A DNA stretch of 59,426 nucleotides, the filler included, from Dugesia japonica (taxonomy: Eukaryota): the NCBI GenBank assembly GCA_001938525.1. It is 4 parts of 4 records of this genome, joined end to end, with 100 filler letters (N's around TTAATTAATTAA, not from the genome) between each part and the next. Parts side by side here need not be neighbours in the genome. Positions count along the whole stretch, not along the records: positions 12,128 to 32,934 come from MQRL01608339.1; positions 33,035 to 46,934 come from MQRL01528686.1; 2 more parts are not named here. One strand, 5' to 3'. The notes below the pieces were generated by a model. It saw nothing but the letters and a program-made list of their open reading frames with translations. It was not told the origin of the DNA and did not search any database. Below are positions 23,210 through 36,479 of the stretch, in pieces. Both the position numbers and the translations under genes were made by a program. Positions within the stretch are counted from its first letter, which is position 1, and each line of letters begins with the position of its first letter.

Positions 23210-24020
23210 TAATCTTTTGAAGAGCCAAAGTGTGTGAAGAAACTGTGTAGTTTTCTCGACATATGCAACTGCTATTGTCAGTTTATTAAAGATTATGCGA
23301 TAAAAGTTAGGAAACTGGAACAGTTGTGGAGTGGTCAGGGGAACACAAAATTAGTCGGAAATTTTTGAAGGTTTGAAAACAGCACTGACTACGGCACCAA
23401 TGTTGACGTTCCCAGATTTACGGAGAGAATTCATCTTGGACACGGATGCAAATTTTAGCATGGTTGACATCAAAAGACGAATACGGGTAAAGAAGAGTTA
23501 GCGTATGGTTCACATGCGATGTCTAATCATAAGAAGGGTTATGATAACCGGTTATGTATAACCAGTAAGAAATTGCTAGCAGTTCATTATTTTTGCTTGC
23601 ATTTTAAGCATTACCTCTATTGGAAACGTTTCACGCTGAAAACGGATCACAAAGCAATTACTTTTATGTTAAGTACAAAGAAATCGATTATCAGCCAGTT
23701 TCAAACTTGGATTAATTTGTTAAGCAGCCTGGACATCCAGCTGGAATATTGGAAAAGTACTCTTCGTGGAATGCGAATAAACTCAGCAGATTGGATTGAT
23801 AGCGATGGTCAGACAGAATGAACCAAAAATTCGAGAAATTATATTAACAGAATGGATATTAAAGTTTGGATGCCCTAGAGAAGTTAGATTGAATTGCGCA
23901 ACAGGATGTTCGAAGCTCGGGAGATGAAAGATTTCGCATAAAGGTTCCAGATTGTTTGGCATTTGGCGAGTCCTTAACATCACAAAAGTAATGAGCAGGT
24001 TGAACAACAGTTCTGGACGG
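23210..24020 (+). pseudogene. Ty3/Gypsy pol fragment (RT connection and RNase H)
   Basis: LKTALTTAPMLTFPDLRREFILDTDANF, KKLLAVHYFCLHFKHYL, TDHKAITFML, SQFQTWINLLSSLDI; homologous to 3813-4280. Confidence 0.88.
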
Positions 24021-24147
24021 TGCATGAGTAAACGTAAAAAGACGGATTCCCTCTAAGGTTTAGCCCTTTTTGTTCACCCACATGTTTAATACCTAAAAAA
24101 TAACAATATAAAATTTTGTATTTTGAAAGTAAATTGTAAAACCAGCG

Positions 24148-24278
24148 AGTAGTTGATAAAATACGGTTTCCCGACAAGGTTGTAGCCTTCCTTCACGTAC
24201 ATATATGTTTTGGAATAAAATAATGTATAGTGAATATAAATAAACAACTTCTCGGGAAACCGTATTTTATCAACTACT
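24148..24278. repeat. Fold-back inverted repeat, 27-bp perfect arms, AGTAGT...ACTACT ends
   Basis: 24148-24174 AGTAGTTGATAAAATACGGTTTCCCGA is the exact reverse complement of 24252-24278. Confidence 0.9.
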
Positions 24279-24345
24279 TGGGTTGATGGTTTGATTTTTT
24301 AGATTTAGATTTTAAAAATATAATTATTTTTTAATTAATAATAAA

Positions 24346-24735
24346 ATGGCTATTAATATTATCATGGAAAGTGACTTTTATAAACTCTTAAAAATTTATA
24401 ATTTTATAGAAAATTCTGTTACAAGTTTTTGTAAAAATAATGTAAATGATAAAATAGTAATAAAATATTTAAGAGAATTTAATATTCCTTATAATAGAAA
24501 AAAATATATTAAATTTTCAGAAAGAGATGTTACTGGACAATATAAATCTTTAATAAAACGATTTGATAAAAATCAAATACAAAATCCTAAGAGTGAGCAA
24601 AGACAAAACCAACAAATACAAAAACCTAAAATAGATTATCGTAAAATGAGTGATTCATATTTTTTAAAAGTTGTCGAAAATACTGTTCGTAAAAAAATTA
24701 TAAAATTTTATTTTTTCAGTAAAGAAAATGGCTAG
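24346..24735 (+). CDS. Small basic, possibly HTH-like protein of the Polinton-like element (homolog at 32400-32711, -)
   Basis: FYKLLKIYNFIENSVTSFCKNNVNDKIVIKYLREFNIPYNRK versus FYKLLKSYNFMENSVLSFSKQNNVNEKTVINYLREFNISYNRR. Confidence 0.6.
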   Translation: MAINIIMESDFYKLLKIYNFIENSVTSFCKNNVNDKIVIKYLREFNIPYNRKKYIKFSERDVTGQYKSLIKRFDKNQIQNPKSEQRQNQQIQKPKIDYRKMSDSYFLKVVENTVRKKIIKFYFFSKENG

Positions 24736-25427
24736 TAAAAAACCAGTTGCGCTTAAACCAAAACCGCAAGAAGTTTTGAGTATAAATACTTTATATAAAA
24801 ATTTACTATCACGGAAATTGAAAGTTTTGCCAAATGTGAAATTACAAATAAAACAGCAAAAAAATATTTAACTCTTTTAAAGTATATGTATTTAGAAGTT
24901 GAAAATTTTAATGATAGTGAAACGTTTAAAATATTATTAAGTATTATGGTTTCTAAATTTTNNNNNNNNNNNNNNNNNNNNNNNNNNNNNNNNNNNNNNN
25001 NNNNNNNNNNNNAAGAAATATTGAAATTATAAAACAATTTGAAATTAATTACCAAAAAGAAAGGGATGAAAATAATAAATTAATTTATTAAATAATAAAT
25101 TAAATTTATCTCAAAAACCAAAATTTATTGAACATCCAGGTTTAAAACTTACATTGATAAAATGGGAAGAAGATGATCTAATTATTACAAATGAAGATTG
25201 TATAAATATTGCTAAAAAAATACAAGAAAATAGTGATGATTAATGTGAAAGATTAACAAGATTAAAAGTTCAGGAAGAATATGAAGGAGATATAAAAAGA
25301 GTTTACGCAGCTTAAAGCGATTTACCAAATTACACAGTAAAAACTTCAAACCCCAACTGGCCCCACTCTAAATAAGAACCTTTAAGGTAGTTAATTTTTT
25401 AATACAACCAAATTTTTTATCTATAAA

Positions 25428-27052
25428 ATGAATATCTCAAATATAAATTTTCAAACACCTATGAGTTCTTCGGCGTTAATTTTTAAATGTTCTGTTTGTA
25501 ACAAGACTTTTAAAAATAACGCGGGGTTGTCGTCATATATTCAATCACAAACATGTACAAGATCGAGAAACAAGTTTTATGAATGTAACATTTGTTTCAA
25601 AAGATTAGCAAGTGAAAAAAGCTTGCGATTGCATAAAAACTCTACAATTTGCGGTAATAGCGGCATGGGACCCTCTGGGATGTCTTGGTTTGGATTTTCA
25701 TGTAATATTTGCAACTTAAACTTTACTAGACAAAATCATGCAAAATCTCATTTTAATAGTGGAGTACACCAAGAGCGTGTTTTAAAATTGAGAGAAGAAG
25801 GAACTAAAAAATTATTTGATGAATTACTTGAAGATGAAGCAATTGATTTTGAAAATAATGAAACTCGAAAATTATTTAAACATTTAAAAAATATAAAGTA
25901 TTNTAAAATTGAATATTTTAAAGAAAGTAAAATTGAATTAACTAGAAATGTACAAAAATTAAATTTTAAATTAATAACTTGGTTTAAAAAAGAAATTAGT
26001 AAAATTGTTTATTTATATTTTGATTATTCAAAAAAGTTGATGTTACGTTTAATTGTAAATTGTAATTACACTAAAGAAGATGAAGAAAGAGTATTTAATT
26101 CATATTCAAGTAATGAAAGAATTACTATCAAAAGCGATGTAAAAATTATCGTGGAAGAGTTATTAAATTAACTTAAAAGATACATGGAAGATGAAGTTCA
26201 AAATGAAAGTGGATGGAATTTGGATTGTATTGTTGATTTTAAAATTGAACTTTCAAAATATCAATCAATAGTTGGAGCTGGGTCGGGGGTTCACTATGGG
26301 CCATATAAAAAATTACATTTTATTAAACCAGGTGTAATTAATATTAAAAATAGAGAAGATTAATGTTTTCTATATTCAATTTTAGCTGATAAACATTTAT
26401 TTGAAAATCAACCAACTAGAGTTTCAAAATATATTCCTTATTTAAATGAATTAAAAATAAACGGAATGAATTTTCCTGCAAGTATTGATGATGTAAAATT
26501 ATTTGAAAAATTAAATGATTTTAAAGTAAATATTTTTCAAGTAACCAATTCAGCTAAAATCTATCCAGTTTATATTTCTCATTATGATAGTATTTCCTAA
26601 ACCAGATGAAAATAAATGTAATTTATTATTTTACAAAAGTCATTAAATTTTTTTAAAGAAATGCTGGTGTTTTTGCAAATACTAATAAAAATCATTTGTG
26701 TTTATGTTGTATGAATTATTATCACAGTAAAAATTTATTAATTAATCATCAAAAAGAATGTATTAACCACTATTCATCTAAAGTATATTTTGAAAATGAT
26801 AAATTTTATTCATTTAAAAATAATTTTTTCTCAATTGCCTTTTGTAATTTATGGTGATTTTGAAAGTTGGACCAGTACATTTACCAATAAACAAAAACCA
26901 TTATCTCTAGGAATTTATATCAAAAGTAAATATCAACATTTAATTCAAAATGAATATAAAGAATTTTATGGAGAAAATATTCTTAATCAATTCTTTGAAT
27001 TTTTAGAAGAAATAAATAATAAATTAATTGATATAAAAGAAAATAAATTGCT
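25428..27052 (+). pseudogene. polB: 5' half of ZnF-pPolB, copy 3 (decayed, truncated in the exonuclease domain)
   Basis: Three zinc fingers (CSVCNKTFKN..., CNICFKRL..., CNICNLNF...H), ESGW, PGVINIKN, YGDFES, NKLIDIKENKL; multiple stops. Confidence 0.88.
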
Positions 27053-29160
27053 CTCTTATTTTATTTATCTCTTGTTTAACTTGTGTATTTTTAAAATCAG
27101 TTTTCAAAGAATTAAAAGATTCACTCATCGTTTGTGTTAGCTCATTTAATTTATTTATTTTAATAATTAAATNNNNNNNNNNNNNNNNNNNNNNNNNNNN
27201 NNNNNNNNNNNNNNNNNNNNNNNNNNNNNNNNNNNNNNTCAATTGATTTTTAACATCACTCATCGTTTGTGTTAGCTCATAAACTTGTTTTTTTAATTTA
27301 CTGAAATATTTTAAATTAATAGCATCTAGTTCATTTTTAGGTTCATTAATAATTTTCAAACAAGTAATTGAATTTCCACTTCCATTAACAAACCTTTTAT
27401 CATTGTTTGCAGATTCTAATTTAATTTAGCTAAAACATGTTTTAATACTTGTGTATTATTTTGACTATTCAAAGTTTCTCAAAATTTATTCTAATAATTT
27501 TATTCTTCTAATTTATTATACTAAAATAATACTAAAGGTATCATATAATTCATCAATAATTTCGTCAAAACTCTTGAATAAAAGTGAATATAAAAAATAT
27601 AAACATAATACTCCACAAATTACTTTCCAATTAAACTCCAATTAAACTCNNNNNNNNNNNNNNNNNNNNNNNNNNNNNNNNNNNNNNNNNNNNNNNNNNA
27701 AACATGTTTTAATACTTGTGTATTATTTTGACTATTCAAAGTTTCTCAAAATTTATTCTAATAATTTTATTCTTCTAATTTATTATACTAAAATAATACT
27801 AAAGGTATCATATAATTCATCAATAATTTCGTCAAAACTCTTGAATNNNNNNNNNNNNNNNNNNNNNNNNNNNNNNNNNNNNNNNNNNNNNNNNNNNNNN
27901 NNNNNNNNNNNNNNNNNAATTAAACTCCAAAAGGTTGAACTCGAATTTTATTATATACTTTTACATGTTTTTAAATTTCTTGAAAAGGTTTTAAACCATA
28001 AAAATCAAAATAAAAACCACGATAAAAAGCAACCCAATGTGTTCATTTTTGATTTGAATTTTGATAATTAATAATTTTGGGCTCATGGATGAGTTCGCTT
28101 TGCTCGCGACTGAAAGGAGGCCACTTTTTATCTTTCAAAATTTCAGTCGAGACTTCATTTTTTATAAGCTTCGCGACTTCATCTTTCAATAAAACTTCAA
28201 TCCCAAAGGGTCCTATTTCAAGATTTAAAAAATCTGCAATAGAATACAAATCAAAATTAGTTCTAGTATTTATTCCAAATGTTTTTAGAAAATCTAGAAT
28301 TCCGTAAGACATTTTCATGTATGAACTAATAAAGAAATAGTTGCACGATCAAAATCTATTGTATTATTATTTTCATCTATAATATTAAATATTAAAGAAT
28401 TGATACATTTGGAATTTAATCTTGAATAAATAGGAGTTGAAGGTCTTTCTATAATTTTAAAACCAAAACCAACAGTATTTACTGGAAAAGAATATAAATT
28501 CATTGGAGAACTATTGATATAACTAAATTACAATTTATATTTATCATATTAATGTTTAAAATTTCAACTTTTTTTTCAGAATATTTTTTTTGAGTATTCT
28601 TTAGGTGAAAAACCTAAAATCGTATGAAAAAAGATTTTTTTAATAAATTTTATTGTATGTTTTGTATCTAAAGTACATTTCGTTGTTGAAAGATCTGGGA
28701 AAATTTAAATTCCATGTTCTTTTAATTTACTAGAGAGTTCTTTAATTTCATAAGCACCCGGTTCTATCGTTATTAATTTATCATTCCAGTAGAAAGTATT
28801 ATTTTTATTAGTAACATTGAAAATTATAATATAGCAACAAAAACTTAATAAAGCCATTTCATAGTGGGGCCATTTTGGGTCTGAATCTAATTCTATTGGA
28901 AATCTTAAATCAACTTTTAAATCAGACTCTTTACCAACAACTAAAAATTGATGAGACATTTTATTTATATAAAATATTTATTTTTATAAACATTATATTT
29001 TTCTCTAGTAATTAATTTTTGGTTTAATAATTCTTTACAAACAGATTTAATTTCTTTATGTAAATTATTATGACCTGCTTTTACAGCTGAAATTAATAAT
29101 GTTAATCTTTCAAATAAAGATAATCTGAATTTAAAATTAATTCTAAACCTTTACCTTTAC
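27050..29160 (-). pseudogene. Decayed morphogenesis module of copy 2: Maverick-protein C-terminus (~29160-28990), penton (28959-28315), adenain (28318-~27720), fibre-like (~27440-27050)
   Basis: Same order and clear homology to copy 1: LTLLISAVKAGHNN; MSHQFLVVG...IEPGAYE...LYSFPVNTV; NQK*THWVAF..YFDFYGLKP; IINEPKNELDAINLKYF. Confidence 0.88.
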
Positions 29161-29257
29161 TTTGAATGGGCCCCTTTGGAATTTCTTTTTTAGGAATGGG
29201 ACCTTTCCATAAAATACATTATTTAGTAATTTGAAAAAGTAATCTGAAAACACATCG

Positions 29258-31120
29258 TTATTTCTTTTTGATATATTTTTCAATATAATTAAATTCAATA
29301 TAATCTTTTAACCAAGTTTTTGTTAACATTACATATTTACTATGAATTGTTTTTATTTTCATTCCTAAAGATTTATAAAAATCTAATGTACTTCCTAGAA
29401 TAATATAATTTTGTTTATCAAAGTGATTTAGAGTTAATTTAATATTTTTCTTGGTTAATTTCTTGTTAAATGATAATTGATAAGGAGCTAACATTTCATT
29501 TGTTATGTTTATTCGATCTGGTGCTAAAAGAAAGTATTTTGTTCTTTTATGTATTTCTGGTGGATATTCTAAATCCACTTCATAAATATATTTAATTTCA
29601 TTTTTTGCTGGAGTATAATTTAAGTCTTCGCATTCAAAGATTTCTTCTGTAGGCAAAGGTTTAGTCATACAAGAAGCATATAATGAATTTTCATCTAAAT
29701 ATTTAAAATATGTTATGAGCATAATCTCTAAAGTTTCCATTAAAGTGATCATGATCAATAACTAGATTTTCAGTTATATTTTTATTACAATATCTACATT
29801 TTTGATTTATAAATTGTGAATGGTTTGCTCCTCTATAATATTCAATTAATTTATTTTCTTTTATATCAATTAATTTATTATTAATTTCTTCTAAAAATTC
29901 AATAATTTGTTCATGAATGTTTTCTTCATAAAATACTTTATATTCATTTTGAATTAAATGTTGATATTTACTTTTGATGTAAATTCCAAGAGATAATAAT
30001 TTTTGGTTATTTGTAATTGTACTTGTCCAACTTTCAAAATCTTCATAAATTACAAAAGTTAATTCATTTGTGAAATGATTATTTGTAAATGAAAAATATT
30101 TTTAAGTTTCAAAAAAAACATTTGAAGAATCATGATTTATACATTCTTTTTGATGGTTTATTAATAAAGTTTTACTTCTATATGAATTTCTACAACATAA
30201 ACACAAATGATTTTTATTAGTAATTGTAAAAAAAATATAGCAAACAATATTTATCATCTTTATCTTCATTTTTAATATTAATTACAACTTGTTTAACAAA
30301 GGGTAATTTTTTATATGAGGAGCCAACCAATGATTGATATATAGAAAGTTCAATTTTTAAATCAACAATATGATCTATATTCCATCCAAATTCATTTTGA
30401 TCTTCATCTTGAAGTTGATTTAATCATTTACAATTATTTTTACAGCACTCTTTACAAATTCTTTCATTACTTGAATATGAATTAAATATTCTTTTTTCAT
30501 CTTCTTTAGTGTAATTACAATTTACACTTAATCATAACATAATCTTTTTCGAATAATCAAAATATATATCAACAATTTTAGAAATTTCTTTTTTAAACCA
30601 AGTTATTAATTTAAAATTTAATCGTTGAAAATTCCTGGTTAATTCAATTATACTTTAAAATATTCGATTTTGTAATATTTTATATTCCTTAAATGTTTAA
30701 ACAATTTTCTTGTTTCATTCTTTTTAAAATCAATTGCCCCTTCACCAGGTAGTTCATCAAATAATTTTTTAGCTTTTTCTTTTACTTTTAATACTTTTTC
30801 TTTGTGCTAATCACTGTTGAAATGTGATTTTGCATGATTTTCTCCTGTAAATGTTAAATTACAACAATTACATGTTAAACCAACTCTACTCATATCACTT
30901 CCAACACTTCCACAATTTGTGGAGTTTTTTGTAATCGCAAGCCTTTTTCACTTGCTAATCTTTTGAAACATAAGTTACATTCATAAAACATGTTTCTCGA
31001 TCTCGTACATGTTTGAGATTGAATATTTGACGACAACCCCGCGTTATTTTTAAAAGTCTTGTTACAAATAGAACATTTAAAAATTAACTCTAAACCACTC
31101 ATAGGTCTTTGAAAATTCAT
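29258..31120 (-). pseudogene. polB: ZnF-pPolB copy 2 (decayed, internally deleted)
   Basis: FKCSICNKTFKNNAGLSS zinc finger at 31120; YLDENSLYA, YEVDLEYPPEIH and LAPDRINIT at 29258-29758; inverted homology to 25450-27050. Confidence 0.88.
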
Positions 31121-31935
31121 TTCATTTGAGATACTTATTTTATAAAGAACAAATTTAGGTTGGACAAAAAAACTACCTTAAGGTTATTATTTATGTAAAT
31201 TTTGGTTTATGTTTGGTTTATATTTATTTTATGTTAGTCTATATTTTATCGTACTTTTTGGGATTGATGTTTAATGTTTTGTTTAAATCATTATCTATTT
31301 CACTGTCTAAATATCCACCACCACTTTCGTTTATTTTTCTTGATTTTTTGTTTATTGATTTATTTATAGTTGTATTTGTGTTACTTTTTAATTTTGATAA
31401 TGCTAATTTATTTCTTATTATTATCTGTTAAACTTTTTTTTGTGGAATTTCTAGAATTTCAAAAGAATTTGTTTTAATATTAAAAACATAATCACCATAA
31501 TAATTTTTAATATATTGTTGAGACTTTTCATTAAAAGAATATTTTACTCTTGGATATCTTTTTCTCATGTTTTAAATTTAATTCTCTTTAAGTTTTATTC
31601 AACATTTGAACAGGTATCCCCATTTCTTTGGCTATAATTGAATCTTTTAAATTTGGCTCTTTAAAAATAAGTTCTTAATATTTTGCAGCTATACAAATCT
31701 TTTGAGATTTATTTAACAACTTTGAATCAAAAGTATTTGTGCAACTAATATAGTCACCAACATTTTCACACAAATCTTTTTGGTTTTCTGTAGCCAATTT
31801 TCTTTATTGATAAAATAAATTATAAAAATTAAATTAATTATACAAATAATAATTAATAAAAATATAATTGTGAAACATAATTACATTCATTTGATGTTCA
31901 CATTTTTTATTTAGATTATCAACATTTTTTATAAA

Positions 31936-32397
31936 CTATTTATTTCTTTTATTTCTACTGTCATTTTCTAGAGTAATTTTATTTAAGTAATTGTTTTGTT
32001 TTGTTATTTGATTTTTAATAGCATTTAATATTTTACTATTTTTATTATTATATTCTTCTATTTTCTTTACAGCGACTAATCTATTTATTTTTGCTTCATC
32101 ATATTCAGCGGCTTTTTCTAATTCATCTTTCAAAGATTCTTTTTCAATAACTAAATCATAAATTGTATTACCTGGTATAATTACAGCTTTTTCAAATAAT
32201 TTAAATTTCGGGTAAACTTCTTTTAAAATTAAATTTTGTTCCTTTGGTGTAGATTTTATAACTTGAATATAGTCTTGTTTTAGATTATATATAAATTTTG
32301 AATCTTTTTTGATTTCTCTTCCATTTGATTTCTCTTCCATAAACTCTTCCATTTTTTTAATTAATAAAATAAAAAAATTCTCTTTGTTTGCGTCCAC
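31936..32397 (-). CDS. Hypothetical Lys/Glu-rich protein upstream of polB copy 2
   Basis: 153-aa open frame co-oriented with and packed among the element genes. No recognisable motif. Confidence 0.4.
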   Translation of the reverse strand: MDANKENFFILLIKKMEEFMEEKSNGREIKKDSKFIYNLKQDYIQVIKSTPKEQNLILKEVYPKFKLFEKAVIIPGNTIYDLVIEKESLKDELEKAAEYDEAKINRLVAVKKIEEYNNKNSKILNAIKNQITKQNNYLNKITLENDSRNKRNK

Positions 32398-32399
32398 TC

Positions 32400-32711
32400 A
32401 CTTAAGATTTACATAAGCTTCGAGCCAGCTCGAACGGTTTTTTTCAACATGTTTTAAAAATTCTGTATCACTCATTTTATGATAATCGATGGTAGTTTTT
32501 TGGGTTTTAGGAATTTGATTTTGATTTTCATATTGTCATTTAATGTTTATTCTTCTATTATATGAAATATTAAATTCTCTTAAATAATTTATCACTGTTT
32601 TTTCATTTACATTATTTTGTTTAGAAAAACTCAAAACTGAATTTTCCATAAAATTATAACTTTTTAATAGTTTATAAAATTCTTCTTCGCTCATATTTAA
32701 TTTTGTATCCA
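32400..32711 (-). pseudogene. Homolog of ORF 24346-24735
   Basis: MDTKLNMSEEEFYKLLKSYNFMENSV...IDYHKMSDTEFLK; frameshifted. Confidence 0.6.
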
Positions 32712-32934
32712 TTTTCTTTAGTAATAAAATAAAAGTTATTTTTTAAAATGTTGATTATTCATACAATAAAATTTTTAATATTATTTTTAAGAATGGGGCC
32801 TTTTGGGATTTCTTTAATTTATTCTTTTGAATAAACAACACCCGGAGGTTTAAATTTATATATGTTGGGTTTTTAGGATTTTGGATATAGGATTGTAATA
32901 TCTTTCTCTTTTTGTCTGGTTGTTTCCATCGCTT

Positions 32935-33034
32935 NNNNNNNNNNNNNNNNNNNNNNNNNNNNNNNNNNNNNNNNNNNNTTAATTAATTAANNNNNNNNNN
33001 NNNNNNNNNNNNNNNNNNNNNNNNNNNNNNNNNN
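32935..33034. other. Artificial scaffold linker
   Basis: N44-TTAATTAATTAA-N44. Confidence 0.95.
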
Positions 33035-33959
33035 CAATAAATTAAACCTAGTCTCATTATTGATACTCAAAGCTTATTCCATAAATGTGAATAAAATATG
33101 GAGAAATACGGTAAATAGGGGAAAAAACAGAGCAAAATATAGAAAAATCGGGCAAAATATAGGAAATCCTATATTTTGCTGGACTATGGACTATTCATAG
33201 AAAATGGTTTTTCTATATAACTGTTTGTGTATAAGGTTTAACAATTTTAGGTTTACATATTTGGAATTAGTGAAAGATTCTCTATCGAATAGATACCTTT
33301 TTGNNNNNNNNNNNNNNNNNNNNNNNNNNNNNNNNNNNNNNNNNNNNNNNNNNTTTTAGGTTTACATATTTGGAATTAGTGAAAGATTCTCTATCGAATA
33401 GATACCTTTTTGGCGAATTTTGAGATAATTGTTCAATTTTCGAAAAAAGTTACCAAATCCGAGATGACAGCTGAATATCTTCGTTAGAAAGTATTTTTGT
33501 CTAAACGATATTTTACCTTTACATAGTCACTTTTTCCTCCTGAGTAAAATAATACTAAATTCGAAATTATACGAGTTACGTACGCAGAGTAAATTGAGCT
33601 TTTTAAAATTTGAGATTTTCACCATAAAATCATATTTATTTCATGGGATATTAATTTTGACGATTTTAGGTTTATATATTTGGAATCAGCAAAGAATTTT
33701 CTATCTNNNNNNNNNNNNNNNNNNNNNNNNNNNNNNNNNNNNNNNNNNNNNNNNNNNNNNNNNNNNNNNNNNNNNNNNNNNNNNNNNNNNNNNNNNNNNN
33801 NNNNNNNNNNNNNNNNNNNNNNNNATCAAATTTTCAAAATTTCAGATGTTCTCCCAGATTCCCATAAAAATGTGATTTAAAAATTTTAAAATCTGAAAAT
33901 TTAAACAAAAATGACTTAATTTCATCAATATACCATAAAAGTTTAAAATTATTTTTAAA

Positions 33960-34510
33960 AACTTGAAAATTTAAACAAATTCGACTTTTTCGCCTAAAAG
34001 TTACCAAAACTGACCAATCCCGAGGACAAGTATGACCATTATTACCTAAACCGAGTAAATAATTGATCACATTCGACCTAATCGAATAAATTTCCAACTA
34101 AATACACCTGAACCAACNNNNNNNNNNNNNNNNNNNNNNNNNNNNNNNAAAAATTACCAAAAACCGACAAAGTTTACCCAAACTCTCTATTCCCGAAAAA
34201 TGATTAGACCAAATTCACCTGGACCAACAAAAAATCGACCTCTATTGACCTCACTGAGAAAAATTGAAACCAATTTCACCTAAATCACCCAAAAATTACC
34301 CAAATCTTAGGAGATTTTCAACCAATGTTATCTAAATTACCTAAAACTTACCACGCCCGAGGAAATATTGAACCAATTTACCAAAAAACTATCCAAACCG
34401 AGCAATTTCGAGGAAATATTCGACCAAATTACCCAGAAATTACCTAAAACCAATCAAAAATTGACCTTATTCTACCTCACCGAATAAATTCCCAACTAAA
34501 TACTCAGGGA
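33960..34510. repeat. Degenerate short-unit repeat region (AAATTACC / CCGAG units)
   Basis: Recurring AAAATTACC, TTCACCT and CCGAG words; CCGAATAAATTCCCAACTAAATAC-like sequence at ~34082 and ~34481. Confidence 0.45.
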
Positions 34511-34706
34511 AAAGTAACACCACATTAAATAATATTACCTAATGATGCAATTTATGATGCAAATTTTAAATTCCAAACTCAATGCATTAGGATTAAATTT
34601 CATAACGTCAAGAGGGGCTTTCTGAATGTGTGTAGTGTTGTCCGCCACTATCCATTTACTATTCTCTTATAGAATTCTTTAACAGTAGAAATAAAGTTAA
34701 ACATTG

Positions 34707-35770
34707 TATTGGGGTGAAACACCTGGTATGAAAAATCAAAATGGCGATAAGTGAACTCGAAAATTTAAAGATTGACATAAGAAAAAAAACGAAGAAATTC
34801 AGACCCATGAAGAAAATAATTCAGTTGAAGAAAAAAATAATGAAAAAGAAACTGGATTACATAGCTAAAAGCTATGAGATAACCAGAAAAATCTAGAATA
34901 CTCTAGCAAGAAACAACGCAGAAATATTAAAGCCAATGAAGAAAAGAAATCCTAAAAGGGGCTTTTAGAACAAAGAAAATAATAAATGATATCCAAGTAA
35001 TTAGTTCATTACGGCGAAGATAAGAAAATAAAATTGCACGAATAATTGAAGAAAGAGAAAAGAAATTAAATACATTATTTAGTGAAAAAAAACAACGAAA
35101 TTAAATTAATTCTAGATCAAAAAAGAAAAGCGAACATCAAATTAATATTTATGAAGAAAATAAAATAAATTATTTATTTATTTAAATAAAATAAATCATA
35201 TAAATTAAAATAATTTATTTTAAAGAAGAAATTGAGGAGTTCAAAAATACAAGTTAAAAAAATTCATAGCAAGACTAAGAAAGAAGATACAAGGGTCTGA
35301 AGGTTGACCAATAAAACGCCTATAATTTTGGAATTCCAGAATCTCAACTAATAAGAAGAATCAGGTGATGAAACTAAATTAAGTCAACCAATAAAAACGC
35401 AAAAAATGAAGTTTAGCCAATGAAATAAACGAGGGTGTTTCAAGAAACCAGTATAAATACTTATGAAGTTTTTCAGCAAAAGGTCAATAAAAATACTGAA
35501 ATCGAACAGAAATCTCTGATAATACAAAAGGTAATTATTTTACTATATGGATTTAGAACAACGATTTCTGACTTGAATATGGAAAGTTATGGAGGACCCT
35601 TGAATAGTTATTGGCTACCAAAATGGCGTCATTTCATCTGTTATGCTTGCTCCGGATCGGGATTCAGGTCATGTTAGTTGTATTACTTATCATAATTGTT
35701 AAATTAATGTATCACTAGTGAAATTTGGCATATAGAATATATTTTGGATTATCTTTTTTTGACAATTTTA
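34707..35770 (+). mobile_element. Solo-LTR-like copy (5' and middle parts)
   Basis: Starts TATTGGGGTGAAACACCTGGTA; CCAAT boxes, GTATAAATAC (~35452) and TGCTTGCTCCGGATCGGGAT (~35644); colinear with the 57604 copy. Confidence 0.8.
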
Positions 35771-36479
35771 GGGTCATCTATTTAATTTGAACAACTGCTT
35801 ACATCATGTTTTAAATTTGAACAATCCAACACATCATGTTTTTATTTTGAACCATCATTTTTATCATGTTTTTAATTTGAGCTTCAATTTTATTTGCACA
35901 ATCTGTCATTGTTCATTTCTATCCAGAAATAAGAAATCAAAGGAGAATATTTTTTACGAATCTATGGTACGGTTCTAGAGTTCTACCTAAACGAATGGAT
36001 GTGGAGACAAAATATTCAAATGAAAATTCCTCAAGCAATTTTTTGTTTAATAAATTTATAGATTTTCTATCGCGTTTGTAATTTTTTAATTTAAATTTTT
36101 ATCATATTTTTAATTTGATCAATCCATTATATCATGTTTTTAATTTGAAAAACTTGGTCAAAAAAAGTTGATCCTATATTTTTTAATTGTTAAGTTCTTT
36201 TTTTATAACAATTATTTCAGTCCTAGACTCTCATAAGGTATTGATTATTAAACTGAAAGTACCAATTAAACCAACTCATTTAAATCTTCATAACCACAAA
36301 TTAGTAAAAATTATAATTAATTAAGATTGAACTAACTAATAAAATAAAACTAATAAACGATTCATAAACTAAAAAACTAATAGGATAATAGATAATTCTT
36401 AATATTTAATATATAATCAGATGTAAAAGTTAAAGGAATATAAGATCATTAATTATTCATTTATTTTCACAAATCCTGT

